Positions 1 to 12,471 of a stretch of 64,000 nucleotides of DNA are shown here, piece after piece. The stretch is from Vermamoeba vermiformis. Lineage: Eukaryota. The stretch spans positions 62,001 through 126,000 of the forward strand of contig JBEWZL010000276.1 in the NCBI GenBank assembly GCA_045837725.1, in the 5' to 3' direction. The position numbers and the translations under genes are program-made. The notes below the pieces were generated by a model. It saw only the letters and a program-made list of their open reading frames with translations, made no database searches and had not been told where the DNA came from. The stretch's first letter is position 1. The number at the start of each line of letters is the position of its first letter.

Positions 1-2
1 CA

Positions 3-152
3 CTTACTCTCGTTCTTCTTGATCTAAACGATGACCGTGTCGTTTCTGATGTAATTCAATATAATCTCCTTGAGGCTAAATATTTAACAACGTTAGTGAA
101 AGTAAATCCATGGCGCATCACAAATCCGATCTTCGATCAAGACTTTGAATAA
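3..152 (+). CDS. 3' end of an unidentified gene entering from the left edge
   Basis: Open frame LTLVLLDLNDDRVVSDVIQYNLLEAKYLTTLVKVNPWRITNPIFDQDFE ending in TAA at 150-152; no recognisable motif. Confidence 0.45.
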   Translation, partial: LTLVLLDLNDDRVVSDVIQYNLLEAKYLTTLVKVNPWRITNPIFDQDFE

Positions 153-396
153 GCATTGGCTTTTGCTCTAAAGACTTACCATGTTGAGCTATATATACAA
201 ATGTTATATGTGGTTCTCGGGGCAATATGAGAAAAGAACTGACCGTTTTTTGTTCGTGGACAATTTTTGACAGATGCGAAAATTTGTTTTGAATTAAAAC
301 AGGTCAATATGACCTCATATCATATATACTTGATGTAATATAGCTATAATGGGCTCGTTTATAAGCGCAGTCATAACAGATATTGGAGATCTGTTA

Positions 397-3263
397 ATGC
401 AGGTCGTGAAAATTGTTTTACGCTTTGTAGCGAAAGAAAAAATTGCTAGACTGCTGTATATTGTTTTGTATATTCTTAGTATTGTATTTTTGTATAACCT
501 TCCGAATAATGGTACGTTCTAGATTTTTTAATTGATTTTTGGTAATTTTTTCTTGATCTAACGACATCTAACAGCCTCAAAAACACGTGTCTCAGAAATG
601 AACCTCAAGTGTGATATACACGCATTTTTTAACGATACTCACGTCAACACGACGTTTTATTACAGCGATCGGCTCGAAAAGGTTTGCAATTTGTACAATT
701 CCTTAGCTTTTCAATTATATTACATTAAAATATCATATATAGATATACTATACACTGCTATACAAAAAAATCGTGAGCAGAAATGGAAAATCATTTGATT
801 AATTTTGTATCGATACAGACTTACCTCTTAAGAAGCAAATACGAGCAAGAAAATGCCCTGCGTGAATGGGACATTAAATTAACCACGCAAATTCAGTATT
901 TTATGAACAAATTAGGCTTTGAGACGCAACTGCACCGCGTATACTTAAATGGTAAGTCTAGTTAATTTATAAACTTTAAATATGGCTTCAGACCATCGTA
1001 ATAATATCACTGATTATGAAATTACCGGCCACAAAGTAATTAGATTAAAAATAAATGTGGTTGTGGTCATTTTCCTAAAAAGGAAAAAACGCGTACTGGA
1101 TCTCCGCACTCGCGAACAGAAGCAGATGCAGCAAGCTAATTATTAGTGAGGTCTTGTTAATCCATTATTATTTGATAGACACTACGGACGAGTATCTCAT
1201 CAACGTCATTGGAATTCTTCGCGCAGAACGAGCGATGGACAACGAAGGATTTGTATTGACTTCTAGATACGATACGAGGTATGAAATATTATAATTATAC
1301 TACCATATGCATACTTAGTTCCCATAACGAAGTTAGAGTTTTCTACAGTTATCTTTTAGGATCTGCTACGTTTGTTTTCACAGATCTGATAGTTTTGAAG
1401 TTAACCTTATACTTAGATATTGACCCTTTATTATAGTGATGCATTTAAGACAGTCGGATTGCAGCTTGGCCTTGCCAGTTACTTTTCCAGTACGAAGTGG
1501 CAAGGTCGCGATCTGATTTGGGTATTTACCGACGAGTCGCGTGCAGTGTCGGGCATTGAAAATTGGCTCGAAGAATATCAAGATGTATATAATAATAACG
1601 AATATCACAACGATCTTCGACAAAATAAGCGGCAGATCTCGTCAGACAGATTTATTCGCGCTGGAAGATTATTTGGCGCCATTTCAATGCATCAAACGGA
1701 CTTTGATTTTCCTATAAAACGATTCATAATATACCCAGAGGTAATTATAATATTCTTAATTTGATCCGGATCTAAATCAATTTTATTTATTTTTACCATA
1801 TTTTTACCATATTTAGGGTCTTGGAGGAGTACTTCCTAATTTGGATATTGTCAATACTGTCACTACGACAGCATATTTGCACGACACCACGAACTTTTCA
1901 TCAGCTGGATTGAATCCTTATCAAGAGGACGAGCCCATCCACGGCACTGCAAACGAAATGTTTTCTTTTCTGTGGCACACCGCTCTATCTTTCCCGCGCA
2001 CTAACCACGCCTTCTTTTCCAAGTAATTTTATCAATTTTATTATTAACTTCGCTCGATCTCTCTAACAAAAACTTAAATTTTTTTCAGATTTGGGATCAA
2101 CGCTGTTGGCGTTTCGACAAATAATCAAGTTGACTTTTGGAGCATGCTACAGTATCAAAATATACCTAAATTGTAAGTACACGCAACATTATAGCGATGC
2201 AGAGCTATATCTGATCCATCAACTATTGCAATAGGCCGTTTGTTCGAGCAGATCGAGGTGTTAAAGACAAGAGTTTGAATTATTACGACGTGACTATACG
2301 TATGGCTAGACTAATAGAAGCTGTTGTTCATAACCTTCATAACGCTGATGAATTATTGCATCAAAGTTATCGGTACGAAAAAACCATTACATTTCCTTAT
2401 TTGGAAATATATTTTTAATTCTTTATTCGCAGCTGGTACTCGCTCGTTGGCATAACAGATTATATCGAGACCGGTCCAGCAGCTATTCCAATCATCCTTC
2501 ATATCGTAGCCAACTTTTTGATCGTTAGTTCGCTGCTACATCTGGCAACAGCGAGACAAATTTTGGCGGGAATTATCGACTTTAGTGCTAAGTTATTAGG
2601 CAGCTTATTGCTGTACTTGTTCCCGAAAGTACTGAGTCACTTTCCTTATTTGGTAAGTTTTCATTAATCCGTAGTGTAATTACACTTACTAACAACCTTC
2701 AGGAATCAAACGCCAATTTAGCTACATTGTTGCTTTTGCATAGCACTGCTATGGTTATACTATATATAGTAGTTTTTAAGCCAGCAGCCCGAAAGCTAAG
2801 AACAGAATTATTGAACGAAACGAGATCTGATTGGAACGTTAATTTAGCTTGCTCTTTATTATGTACGTCTATAATACGATTTATAATTGTATTTTATCTA
2901 ATTCTCCTTGTTGCAGACTACCAGTTCATTTTGTTCGTTGCATTCACGCTCAACATTCAATTTGGCTTGCTGTTCTTAGTGCCTATAATTCCTGTCATTA
3001 TTCTCGTTAGTCCACAACGAACGCCATTCAACGTACTAGTGGCACTCATATGTTTGGTGTCGCATCCAGTACTTTTGTTCGTATTTTACTGGGGCTACCA
3101 GGCACTTGGGCTCAACGACTGGCTGCGAATATTAATCAACTCTGACGAGCACTGGTCGTCGTTACTATGGCCCTTCTTAACATTAATATGGGTACCTCTA
3201 TTATGTACTGAACTTGGTGTTGTATTCTCTCGCAGAACCAATAAACCACGGATCGAAGTCTAA
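397..3263 (+). CDS. GPAA1: GPI transamidase component Gaa1/GPAA1 (multi-exon)
   Basis: N-terminal TM followed by KTRVSEMNL; NVIGILRAERA; ASYFSSTKWQGRDLIWVFTD...GIENWLEEY; GLGGVLPNLDIVN; LHQSY; multi-TM C-terminus. These are characteristic Gaa1 segments. Confidence 0.85.
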
Positions 3264-3315
3264 ATCAGATCTGGATGTTTTTTTTGGCTTGATTTATTTT
3301 TATATAATACAAGTA

Positions 3316-5281
3316 TTATTGTCTGATATCGACTACAGCAGCACCAGCAGGTATCTGTGGGCGGTTGTCGACCTTTCGCACGACAAAACCTTCAGGGAAC
3401 TGCCACGGATTGGTGCACGTAGGGCAGTTGTTGTCTCGTCTCGATTCAAACCATCTTTGAGAGCAGTGGTTGTGCATACGAACAGTGCACAATTGATTAG
3501 AACAGTGTTGCCCCTAAAGTTGGTACATGTTAGAAACTTGGCATCAAAAAAAATTGGGCGTGAAGGAAAAGTTAATGATGGCGAGCAGCATGTGAGGGGT
3601 CAAGAACAAACAAAAGGACTACAGGAGGACTTAAATATGCTCACGAGCAAAAAATAATTGGCCATTCCAGGGATCGAACCTGGGACCCTCGCGTTATTAG
3701 CACGATGCTCTAACCAACTGAGCTAAACGGCCGCTGTTGATCCGTCACTGCAGCAAAAACAGGGCCTGCATCAGTCGGAAGCAAACCATTTGGCCCTTCC
3801 TTTGTCGCGCAGCATACGGTTACGAGTGCGATCAAAGATTTAGTAATCTCTCGATAGAAATTCGCCGTTGTCCGACAGTATGCATTCGGCTGAACAAACA
3901 TCTTTCAGGTCTCTAAGCTTGTTTGGAATGACGTTGTGCTCATCAGTCTATTCATACAGCATGGTTGAGCGATCGTAAGTTACGATGGTTAGTCGAGGCA
4001 TCCTTTGCTCGTAGTAAGTGAGTTTGGGTAGATGGATTAAGATTTAACTGCGGTCGCCTGAGAGATGAGGTTACTGGCTTACTTACGCTACATGAGGACA
4101 TGTCATGGAGTTCGCTCGAGCAAAAGGTTGGCAAAGCTGCAGCTGGCAATGTAGGTATCGCAGGCAAAAAGAAAAGCAAAAAAGAAATGGTTCCACTCGG
4201 AATCGAACCGAGGACCTACTGCGTGTTAAGCAGATGTGATAACCAACTACACCATGGAACCTTGTTGAAGGCGGTGTCGGAGCGGAAGCCGAGTCGCTCG
4301 GTCGATAGGACGTGCAGACTATTTGGTAAGCCTCCACGGGTTCGACAAACATTGCGACATGCACAACTACCCTACAACTGACGAGCATACATATCGCAAA
4401 AACGAACTAAAGCAACTCACCGTCCTCTCAATTGATCGCGAAAGGTACTGTATTTGGGCTTACCTTGATAACGACCTCCTGACACATAATGCACTCGAAG
4501 ATGTAGTCGCTGTAAACTTCTTCAATGTACGACTTGAGCTCTAAGAAGCTTCGTATGCCAAGCGAGACCATGCCCTAAATAGCGCCGTTAAGTGCTTGCC
4601 GTTCGTCATACGAGCCTTTGTTACGCGTTACGTACGTCATTTTCTCGGAGCCATTTATCGCTGATGAGTTGCTGAATGGTTTCGTCGGCTTTTGATACTG
4701 TCATTTGTTTTTCTTCGATTTTAATGCGCAGATTATTCGCATCAATTTTGCTAATCTCGTAGTCAATATTGTCCACGAATAATTTTTCGATCTACGAAGA
4801 AAAGAACGGTCAGATCCGCGATCGAGAAGTATTATTGATACTTACGATAAATTTGAATAAAATAACTTGTTCTGGTGAATAAAATGTTGCTATTTTCGCC
4901 AAATCGTCATTGCGTGTATTGGCAATGCCCCAGTACGGAGTTCCGCTTTCTTCGTCGACAATTCTTCGGATCTCCAAGCCCATAATATCCAAATTTTTAT
5001 TTATATCGTGAATAAAGTGGAGCATCGATTCCTGATTGTTGGGCACTAAGCAAATTTAAATTAATTAGGCGCGAAATAAATAGGTATTTTTCTTTCTAAT
5101 AATTTCGCGATTAATGTTCAAGCTGTAAATCCGTAAATTACGATTCGATGTTGTACTTACGATTTAATTCATAATTTTGTAGGATTTTTCTGAACAGATC
5201 TTCCAAATCTCGTTCTTTAAATACTTGTTTCGCCCAGAATAATTGTAGTAATAGCTGCTTCGCCTCGGTTTCTTTATCCAT
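3316..5281 (-). CDS. NSE1: SMC5/6 complex subunit Nse1 (winged-helix plus C-terminal RING-like domain)
   Basis: Exons give FIHDINKNLDIMGLEIRRIVDEESGTPYWGIANTRNDDLAKIATFYSPEQVILFK, then GMVSLGIRSFLELKSYIEEVY..FECIMCQEVVIK spliced to GQHCSNQLCTVRMHNHCSQRWFESRRDNNCPTCTNPW. The last intron is 3514-4463. Confidence 0.85.
3659..3732 (-). tRNA. tRNA-Ile (AAT)
   Basis: Reverse complement GGCCGTTTAGCTCAGTTGGTTAGAGCATCGTGCTAATAACGCGAGGGTCCCAGGTTCGATCCCTGGAATGGCCA folds as a cloverleaf with A/B boxes; T-run terminator downstream. Confidence 0.97.
4188..4261 (-). tRNA. tRNA-Val (AAC)
   Basis: Reverse complement GGTTCCATGGTGTAGTTGGTTATCACATCTGCTTAACACGCAGTAGGTCCTCGGTTCGATTCCGAGTGGAACCA; T-runs downstream. 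Confidence 0.95.
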
Positions 5282-5415
5282 TAATAATTGTCACTATAAA
5301 TTCCGTAAAGAGGCTTGTGTTATTACTTTTAAATAAATAACGGATAGTGCGCGAAACCAGGATCGTTCAATTTTGTCAAGAATTCTTTTTAATATTACAT
5401 AGAAGGAAAAGGAAA

Positions 5416-6826
5416 TTAAGCCCACCAAGCTGTAGGCACTGGCACGCTTTGGAACTTCTCAGGTTGCAACAAGACATCAACCAAGCTGCGAGCGTGGTAT
5501 CGATAGTGATCTGTCGCGTAGTGCGCGTGCAACTCTTCTTCGCTGGTCCAAACTTGATAGATTGCGAACACTTTGCTGGGCTTCTTTTCTTGGAAGTATG
5601 AACTGCAAGCAGCATTAGGACCCAAAAAGAACGAGAAACGAGCTCATCCTATTGCAACAATAATTTTCGCAAACAAGAGGCTCGATCATTAATTATCACA
5701 ATGACCCTATTGTTAACTTACTACACGAGACCATCATCTGCCTTAGCGTGCTTCAAGTACGTGCGTGCATTCTGCAAGAAGTCGTCTTTGAACTTGGCAA
5801 TGACTTGGAACTCTCGATAGACCATCAAATAAGGCGCATGTTGTTCACGTTGTGCTTCACCGAAATTGGTTGGAACGGCGACTGATTTGTTTGAGCCAAC
5901 TTGCAACTTCTCAACTATGCTCGATAGTCTAGCAATTTCGTGATGAAGTTGATACATTGAATCAGATTGGACGGTTGGCTGTACCATAATTAATATTCGA
6001 TTATTTACTATATATCGTGGATTATAACTTACCAGTTGGCTGTTCACTACTGGTGTTTTGGCGGGCTTGGGCTTGACTTCCTTGTGCACGGGCGTCACTT
6101 GCTCTAATCTCGCCAAAGCGACAGACACGGGTCTGTGCAGCGTCTCTAATTGTTGCAAAAATTCTTTCAAATAGAAACGGACCTTAAATTGCTCGAGGAA
6201 CGAGAGCGAAAGATAAGTTCTGAGCGGAGTCACTTTAAAAAAATTATTAGATCCGCGGTATTAATAACTTAAATATGCTTACTCTAATGTCTTAGTTAAT
6301 GCTCTATGCAAAGATTCTAAGGAGGCAAACAGTGCGCTGTAAGGATCGAATCCCTTTCTGAAGTACATGTACAACTCGCCCAAGTCCAGTTCATTGGTTT
6401 TGTGAGTGTCAATAATATTAAAAAGATCTAGCAAGTCCGCTTTGCTCAAATTGTTATCGCCAAAGTACGCTTCAAATTCTTCAAATGAGATGCGAAGGTT
6501 GTCGTTCTTATCAGCGCGTCTAAAAACTGAAAATAATTTTAGAAATATTACAAAGTGATCTAAAATCTCTAAATGCAGCTCCAAGATAATTATAAAGGCA
6601 CCACAGAATTTTAGAATATTGTCTTACCGTCCATAAATAAATTTTGAGCTGGATCTTCAGCGAGAGCTAGCAAAACATTTTCTACCTCGGTTTCATCTTT
6701 TTTATCATCGTTTGGTGCCGTTGGCTTAGCGTCAGACTCCGTTGGTTTGCTTTCGGCAGATGGCTTTTCAATCTCGCCAGAATTTACTTTGGTCTCCGTT
6801 TCGACTTTTCCTTTATCGTCGCTCAT
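5416..6826 (-). CDS. NECAB-like protein (N-terminal EF-hands, coiled coil, C-terminal ABM-like domain)
   Basis: VFRRADKNDNLRISFEEFEAYFGD..LFNIIDTHKTNELDLGEL; EQFKVRFYLKEFLQQLETL; AIYQVWTSEEELHAH...VPVPTAWWA. These resemble the three conserved NECAB blocks in order. Confidence 0.8.
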
Positions 6827-7309
6827 AATTGTATATTAATATCTGTTCGTATGAAGGCTCACGGTCGCAAAAATGTGCAACACAAAATTGAATTTATTTG
6901 GATGTGACCCAAAAAGTAAACCAAAACCGACCCATTTACAAAAGTTGCAACTGTATCCAAGGGCAAAAAGAGTGATTGCGTATTGCGCTTCTGAGGCATG
7001 CACCGCCGCATCTGATTCCAGACGCGACGGTGCTAAACCGAAGTATAGAAAGAAGTTCTCCACTATTCTGGTTCACCAAAAGGTAAAGTTTACGAAGTAG
7101 CGCACTTACAGAGCACTCTTTGCTATTGTGCTTAATATTCGAGTGACTTGTTGTAACTGAAAACGTGTCGCGCAAGAATTATGGTACCTGAAAGAGAGCC
7201 AACTTTTCTACAAACATTATATTTTTATTATTGACGCAAAGCTCAACGCTCTATGCGGCATTGAGATTACGGCGATAATTATCGCGATGAACCACCTCTA
7301 AAACCAGAT

Positions 7310-8063
7310 TTAAAAATCATCGGTGTGGAGCAAAGCAGCTTCAGCACTAGTAGGCGCAGGGGCTCCGACTTCTGTAATTAAACGTACATTAGTGTCATTA
7401 TATTGCTAAGAAATGATCCGAACAAAGAAGTTCTCAGATTTGAACGGATCGGGAGCGCACCTTTAGTCTTCTTTGGAATGTTCTTGTCAAGAACGACAGT
7501 GTTAGTCGTATCGAGTCTGTGAGCGACGTCCTTGATTGTTTGGTCTGCCTTCTGCACTAAAGAATCTTTGGGATCGACGACTGTCTCGCCAACAGTTCTA
7601 CCCAACAGATCCTTCTTCACGACGACAGTGTCGCCAAGTGCATTCTCTTTTACCTTAGTGTAGCCACCGAGTTCTCTGTTTTCAGGCATGTCTACGAAAG
7701 AAGTTCAATAAGAATTGCGACTCAAAAGTTTATGTCGCGAGATCGCATCCAGGGAAGCAATTGCATTAATTTCTAAAAATACGATAATTGCTTCGTTGGT
7801 GTGCTTGTATTTTCAAAATAATACTATTTAAAACCTCTAACTATTCAGGGGTACGTACTAACATCGGCAGTAATATCGCCACCCAAAGCACCGGTAGTGC
7901 CGGTGTCACCAGCAGTACCTAAGCCAATAGGAGCACCAATGTCCTCGCCAGCTTGATTACCAGAGACCTTATCGGTGTCTTTCATACCAAGAACTAGAAG
8001 CAAAGGCGGATTAGCTTACAAAAAAATTGCTGAGAATTTCTTACCTTTCTTTAAAGCGTCCAT
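7310..8063 (-). CDS. small hydrophilic G/T/D/K-rich protein of unknown function (4 exons)
   Basis: MDALKK, VLGMKDTDKVSGNQAGEDIGAPIGLGTAGDTGTTG, MPENRELGGYTKVKENALGDTVVVKKDLLG, EVGAPAPTSAEAALLHTDDF*, joined by canonical GT-AG introns. Confidence 0.65.
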
Positions 8064-8658
8064 TTTGTTGTTGTTTGAGTGTTTTAGTTGATTATTGAAT
8101 GATTAATAGTGCACGATGCATTTTAAAGGCCAATGGATCCGAGTTTTCAACTAGATCTGATCGCATTTTCGATTGAAAAGCTTGCAGCACTCGCGTTGTG
8201 AACCTGTTCGCGCTACTTTGCTGAATTTTGCAAGCAACATTACCAGATTCTGCAGGCGAAATGTTTCGACAAGATCTAAATCCACAACTTGTGAAGCTTG
8301 CACGAATTCGAACACGAAATTGATCGACAGAATGCGACCTAAAATATCAATACTGTCAGTACTGTCAATATTCTTCAATTTCGGTGTCGTCAAGTATACA
8401 CACTAATTTTCCTTCAATGTTTCAATTTACTGCCATGGCACTCTTTTTTTCGATTACGATGCGTATCATTTTGGTTAAAATTCGCGTGGAGGCATTGCTC
8501 GTGTTCATTTTAAACCCTATATTAGTATATTAGTACTAATGTCCTCCAAACTAACGCAAATTATTTTAAATTGGATCTCCGATCGCCCGGCATAAAAGAA
8601 TTCGATCGTTATTTTAATTTCAGTTACTTTCATTCAATATACTCTCCAAATAACTGCA

Positions 8659-9378
8659 ATGAAAGCTACAACTTACTACTCCTCGACCTTTCTTGTCCTC
8701 GTAATTTCTTCGTGTCTGATCCTCTTCGTCAGCGCTGATGCCGGCGGTGGCACAGAAGAGCAGTGCAATCCACTCGTCGTGCCACTGTTTGACCGCGTTG
8801 CTGGCAAGACGTACAGTGAGTGGGCTGCAGAATGGTGGGAATATATCCTTGGTCTTCCTACTTACGCCAACCCTGCATTCGACGCTACTGGTGATTTATG
8901 CAACGTAGCGCAAGAAGGCCCTGTATTCTTCTTAGCGGGATATTTCAGCGGCTCTTCCGTCACGCGCCACTGCACGATCCACGGCTCCAAGTACCTCTTC
9001 TTGCCAGTCATCAATGTCGAGTGCTCAAACATCGAAAGTCCTCCGTTCTTCGGCGCTACTCCGTGCGATAGACGTGCATGTGCTAATTGGAATATCGACA
9101 CTGTCAATGCGACCTCGTTGAAAGTCAAAGTTGACAATCAATACGTCAAGTATCCGCGCAACTACCGCGTCCAATCTCCCGATTTCGAGTTCTCTATGCC
9201 TCCACACAACAACACTCTTGGCATAGAGAATATAATTTACGGCTATTCTACTACCGTTGGCTATTATTTGATGCTTCGTCCTCTTTCGACCGGATCGCAC
9301 CAAATCCGTTGGGAAGGATGCTTGCTCGATGGATCATTCTGCGAGAACATCGTTTATAATTTGAATATCATTAATTGA
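8659..9378 (+). CDS. secreted Cys-containing protein of a prokaryote-like uncharacterised family; intronless
   Basis: Signal peptide, then GKTYSEWAAEWWEY..NPAFDATGDLCNVAQEGPVFFLAG..VTRHCTI..LFLPVINVECS..GYYLMLRPLSTGSHQI. Confidence 0.75.
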   Translation: MKATTYYSSTFLVLVISSCLILFVSADAGGGTEEQCNPLVVPLFDRVAGKTYSEWAAEWWEYILGLPTYANPAFDATGDLCNVAQEGPVFFLAGYFSGSSVTRHCTIHGSKYLFLPVINVECSNIESPPFFGATPCDRRACANWNIDTVNATSLKVKVDNQYVKYPRNYRVQSPDFEFSMPPHNNTLGIENIIYGYSTTVGYYLMLRPLSTGSHQIRWEGCLLDGSFCENIVYNLNIIN

Positions 9379-9816
9379 TTATTTTAATTTTACCTTCATT
9401 ATTTTACACGATTATTTAGAAATAAATTCTATTATTCATTAAAATCGCTCAAAATGTTTCAGAAACAACTTACCCGCCTCCATATTATTCGACAAAATAG
9501 GAGATGTGATTATTGCACGAGGAAATAGCAAGATTCTGCGGCTTTGTTGGGTGCAGTTGCAAAACAGAAAAAAATATTAATCGTAACCACCGTAATTTAC
9601 ATAACCACCATGCCGAATGAAAAATGCTGCTCAGATAAAAATACGAAATGATAAAAGCAGGATAAATAATGCTTGCGTATGGAGATGCCGGCGCGCTGGA
9701 TGAGCCAACCCGAGACGAGGCACTAGACACCGGCGTAGGTTATTTTTTGTGCAATAATCCACTTAACATTAATCAACAACCAATCTGGCAATATTTCCCG
9801 ACAAAATATTCCAAAT

Positions 9817-9824
<8 letters not shown>

Positions 9825-9867
<43 letters not shown>
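9825..9867. repeat. poly(T) homopolymer, about 43 nt
   Basis: Read directly from the sequence. Confidence 0.95.
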
Positions 9868-9871
<4 letters not shown>

Positions 9872-9954
9872 CACTTATTTCGCTTGAAATCTGACGCTCG
9901 TTGTTCCAAATTTCACCACCAATTTTAAATGGTATTGTTCAATTTACAAATATA

Positions 9955-12163
9955 GGAAATACAGCGGAGCACAGAACTTGATCGAGGTACCAAGATCCAC
10001 GAGTCTCCAAACAAAGAAAATGTTCCCTTGATCCCAGCGCCACGAGGAATATTGAAAAAGCCAAAAGATGATCTCGCAGAAACGTAAGTATATTAATTAT
10101 GTGATAAAGGTCTTGGATCGCGCTAATTTGCATCTTTAGTGTTGAAACACTGCCAGAGGAGACAAAGCGCTCAGTTTCGTTTAAAGACATTCCTTCGTCC
10201 AAGTTGATTCCTACCGCTAGTAAGTGAAATAATAGCAACGACACGCATTTAACTTAAACACGGTTCTTGTTGTAACCCACTCGTCGGATGTACCTGAGAC
10301 GAGTTTCTCATTGCCCTCATGCGCTTTTTGGTACAAATTAATTCTAATTACTATTTTTGACAGATGAGAACTTAACAGCCACTCTTGGAGCATGTACAAC
10401 AATGATTAAGTATGGGCTCGGCACCAAGCACAACGTCACAATAGCAACTATATTGCACGAATACCAATTGTATTTCAACCTGGAGTAACCTCTGAGTACA
10501 TTAAGTTCGTTGTTAGTCTGCCAGTGCCCAGTCTACGTGATGATTCGCTTACAGAAGAGCAGAAACTGAAATTTAACATTTTCATTGACACTTTCTACAA
10601 TCGTCCAGTTCACATTGTCAACAAAGAGCATAATGCAAATATAAATGAGTCAGCCAGTGTTCTTATCATTGAGTGCTCAGACATGAAGAAGATACATAGA
10701 GCCATAGAAACTTACAAAAACTCAGAACACTGCCTCATTCTACTCACCAAACCAGTTGTTGGCTTGAACCTGGCAAAATTTGAAAGAACACTTGGAGTCA
10801 AACTTCGACCAATGAACTTACCAAGACTAAAAGTCAGACCTTACAAGTAAGTTACTGAACACTACTATGTAATTTCAACTAGTGTGGACTCTAACACCAC
10901 TGCTATTCAGCCTGGATTCACCTTATTTGAAGTCATTCAAGACTGACAACTATGCAAAATATCATGGAATTCCAAGACTGCTAGAAAGCTATGGCAAGCG
11001 AAATCTGACTGAAGAAAACATAAGAAAGGCTATCACCAAAGAGCTGGCACTATGGCAACTTGAGGAATACAAACCTTACATGCATTACTGGACTACATTG
11101 TTTTATTATGCCCAAGCCTCAACACAAATCTATTCTCATACACTACTGGATGTGAATCCTTACATAACTGTGGTTGATGCTGCTCTTGCACTTGGTTTTG
11201 AAGTGGATGAGTCTGCTGCTACAAGAAAAAGCTCTGATAGAGACAGTGCCTACACAATAGTCTGTCTTGATCAATTGAAAATGGAATTTGCAGCTAACAA
11301 TCAACCTTTTGATTTCTTCACTTTTTTGTGAAAAGATAGTTTGAAATGGTATGAGGCTGAAAAAGCTGTTGTGCATGCCATGGCAAGTTACTCTGATAGC
11401 ACTGGAGAAATGACATTTGGAGATAGATTCTGCTTCCTACAACAGTCATTTCTCAAAGACAAACCTTCAGATATTAAATTAGCTCCACAAGTGCTGCCTA
11501 AAGTAACCAAGAAGGGAAAAGTGCTCAATGAACAAAATCTTGCAGCATGGTCACTATCTTCTAGACTTGCCCCTCCACAGCCCACCATGCTCAAATCTCA
11601 ATGGCCCAAATTGTTATCCCAAGTGGTAGAGAGGCAGACCATGCTAAATGTTGAAGCTTCAAAAGCACCTGACTACATGGTTTTGGTGGACAGCGATTAT
11701 TTACTGTGCTTTCAAGTTAAAACTGGCATTCAAGATCCAACACTGGATGATTTAAAAAGTGAAGTTGCAAAAAGTCCTTATCTTGATATGGCTGCAAATG
11801 GAAAGGTAAGCCCTCTTTCAAAAATAATGATGAGGCTAATTAATGAAATTGAATTAGATTGTCAAGAACAATGATGAAATTTTTATTACATTCGTGGTTG
11901 TTGCCTTCAATCACAACATGTTGAAGCATCAACTCAAGGAATGTATTCCAGTACCTAGCAACAACAACGACAACAGTAAGAGGGAAAAGAAAATACACTT
12001 CCACAAAGAATACATTCATATACAATCTGGCTGGGAACCACTATTGTTGCCTGAAAAAGTTGAAATCATTATCCTTCGTCAACCTGGACTTCATGCTCTC
12101 TTTGGATCTGAGGGCTATGACACTCTTTCAACTACAACTCAGGGCACGAAGGCTCCAAAATGA
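9955..12163 (+). pseudogene. Crinkler/CR-effector-like degenerate NTPase plus PD-(D/E)xK nuclease, disrupted
   Basis: Degenerate P-loop region RIPIVFQPGVTS, Walker-B-like VLIIE, YHGIPRLLE, and nuclease-like KAPDYMVLV..LLCFQVKTG. In-frame TGA at 11329-11331 between ORFs 10882 and 11341 (same frame), and a frameshift near 10440-10480. Confidence 0.55.
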
Positions 12164-12471
12164 GTCACTGATGTATTCCTACAATCTTGCTCCATCCTCT
12201 TAATGGTTCATTACTAGAACAACAAATGTTACCTTGCAGTAACGTCAGCAAGACAAGTAGAGAAAAGATGCACATATGTTTAAGTGCAGTTGTTAGATAG
12301 TAATAAAGTGTTGATTGCTAGTTAATAAAAGATGTTGATTGAGAACACCCACTAAATTGAAAAAGGCAGTGCAGCATTGCAGGAAATTACATTAGCATTT
12401 TTCATGAGAATGTGAAAAAGTGCAAACTAATTAGTATTAGTCTATGTAGGAGTTCTATTCCATTTTAATTC

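Noticed and set aside
3214-4544. ORF-track ORFs at 3214-3657, 3710-3901, 3952-4179, 4083-4388 and 4100-4381
   Set aside because: They overlap the NSE1 last exon, its intron or the tRNAs and show no protein motifs
11329-11331. In-frame TGA as selenocysteine or alternative genetic code
   Set aside because: TGA terminates other genes here, no redox motif is present, and CGA-to-TGA fits the local CpG depletion
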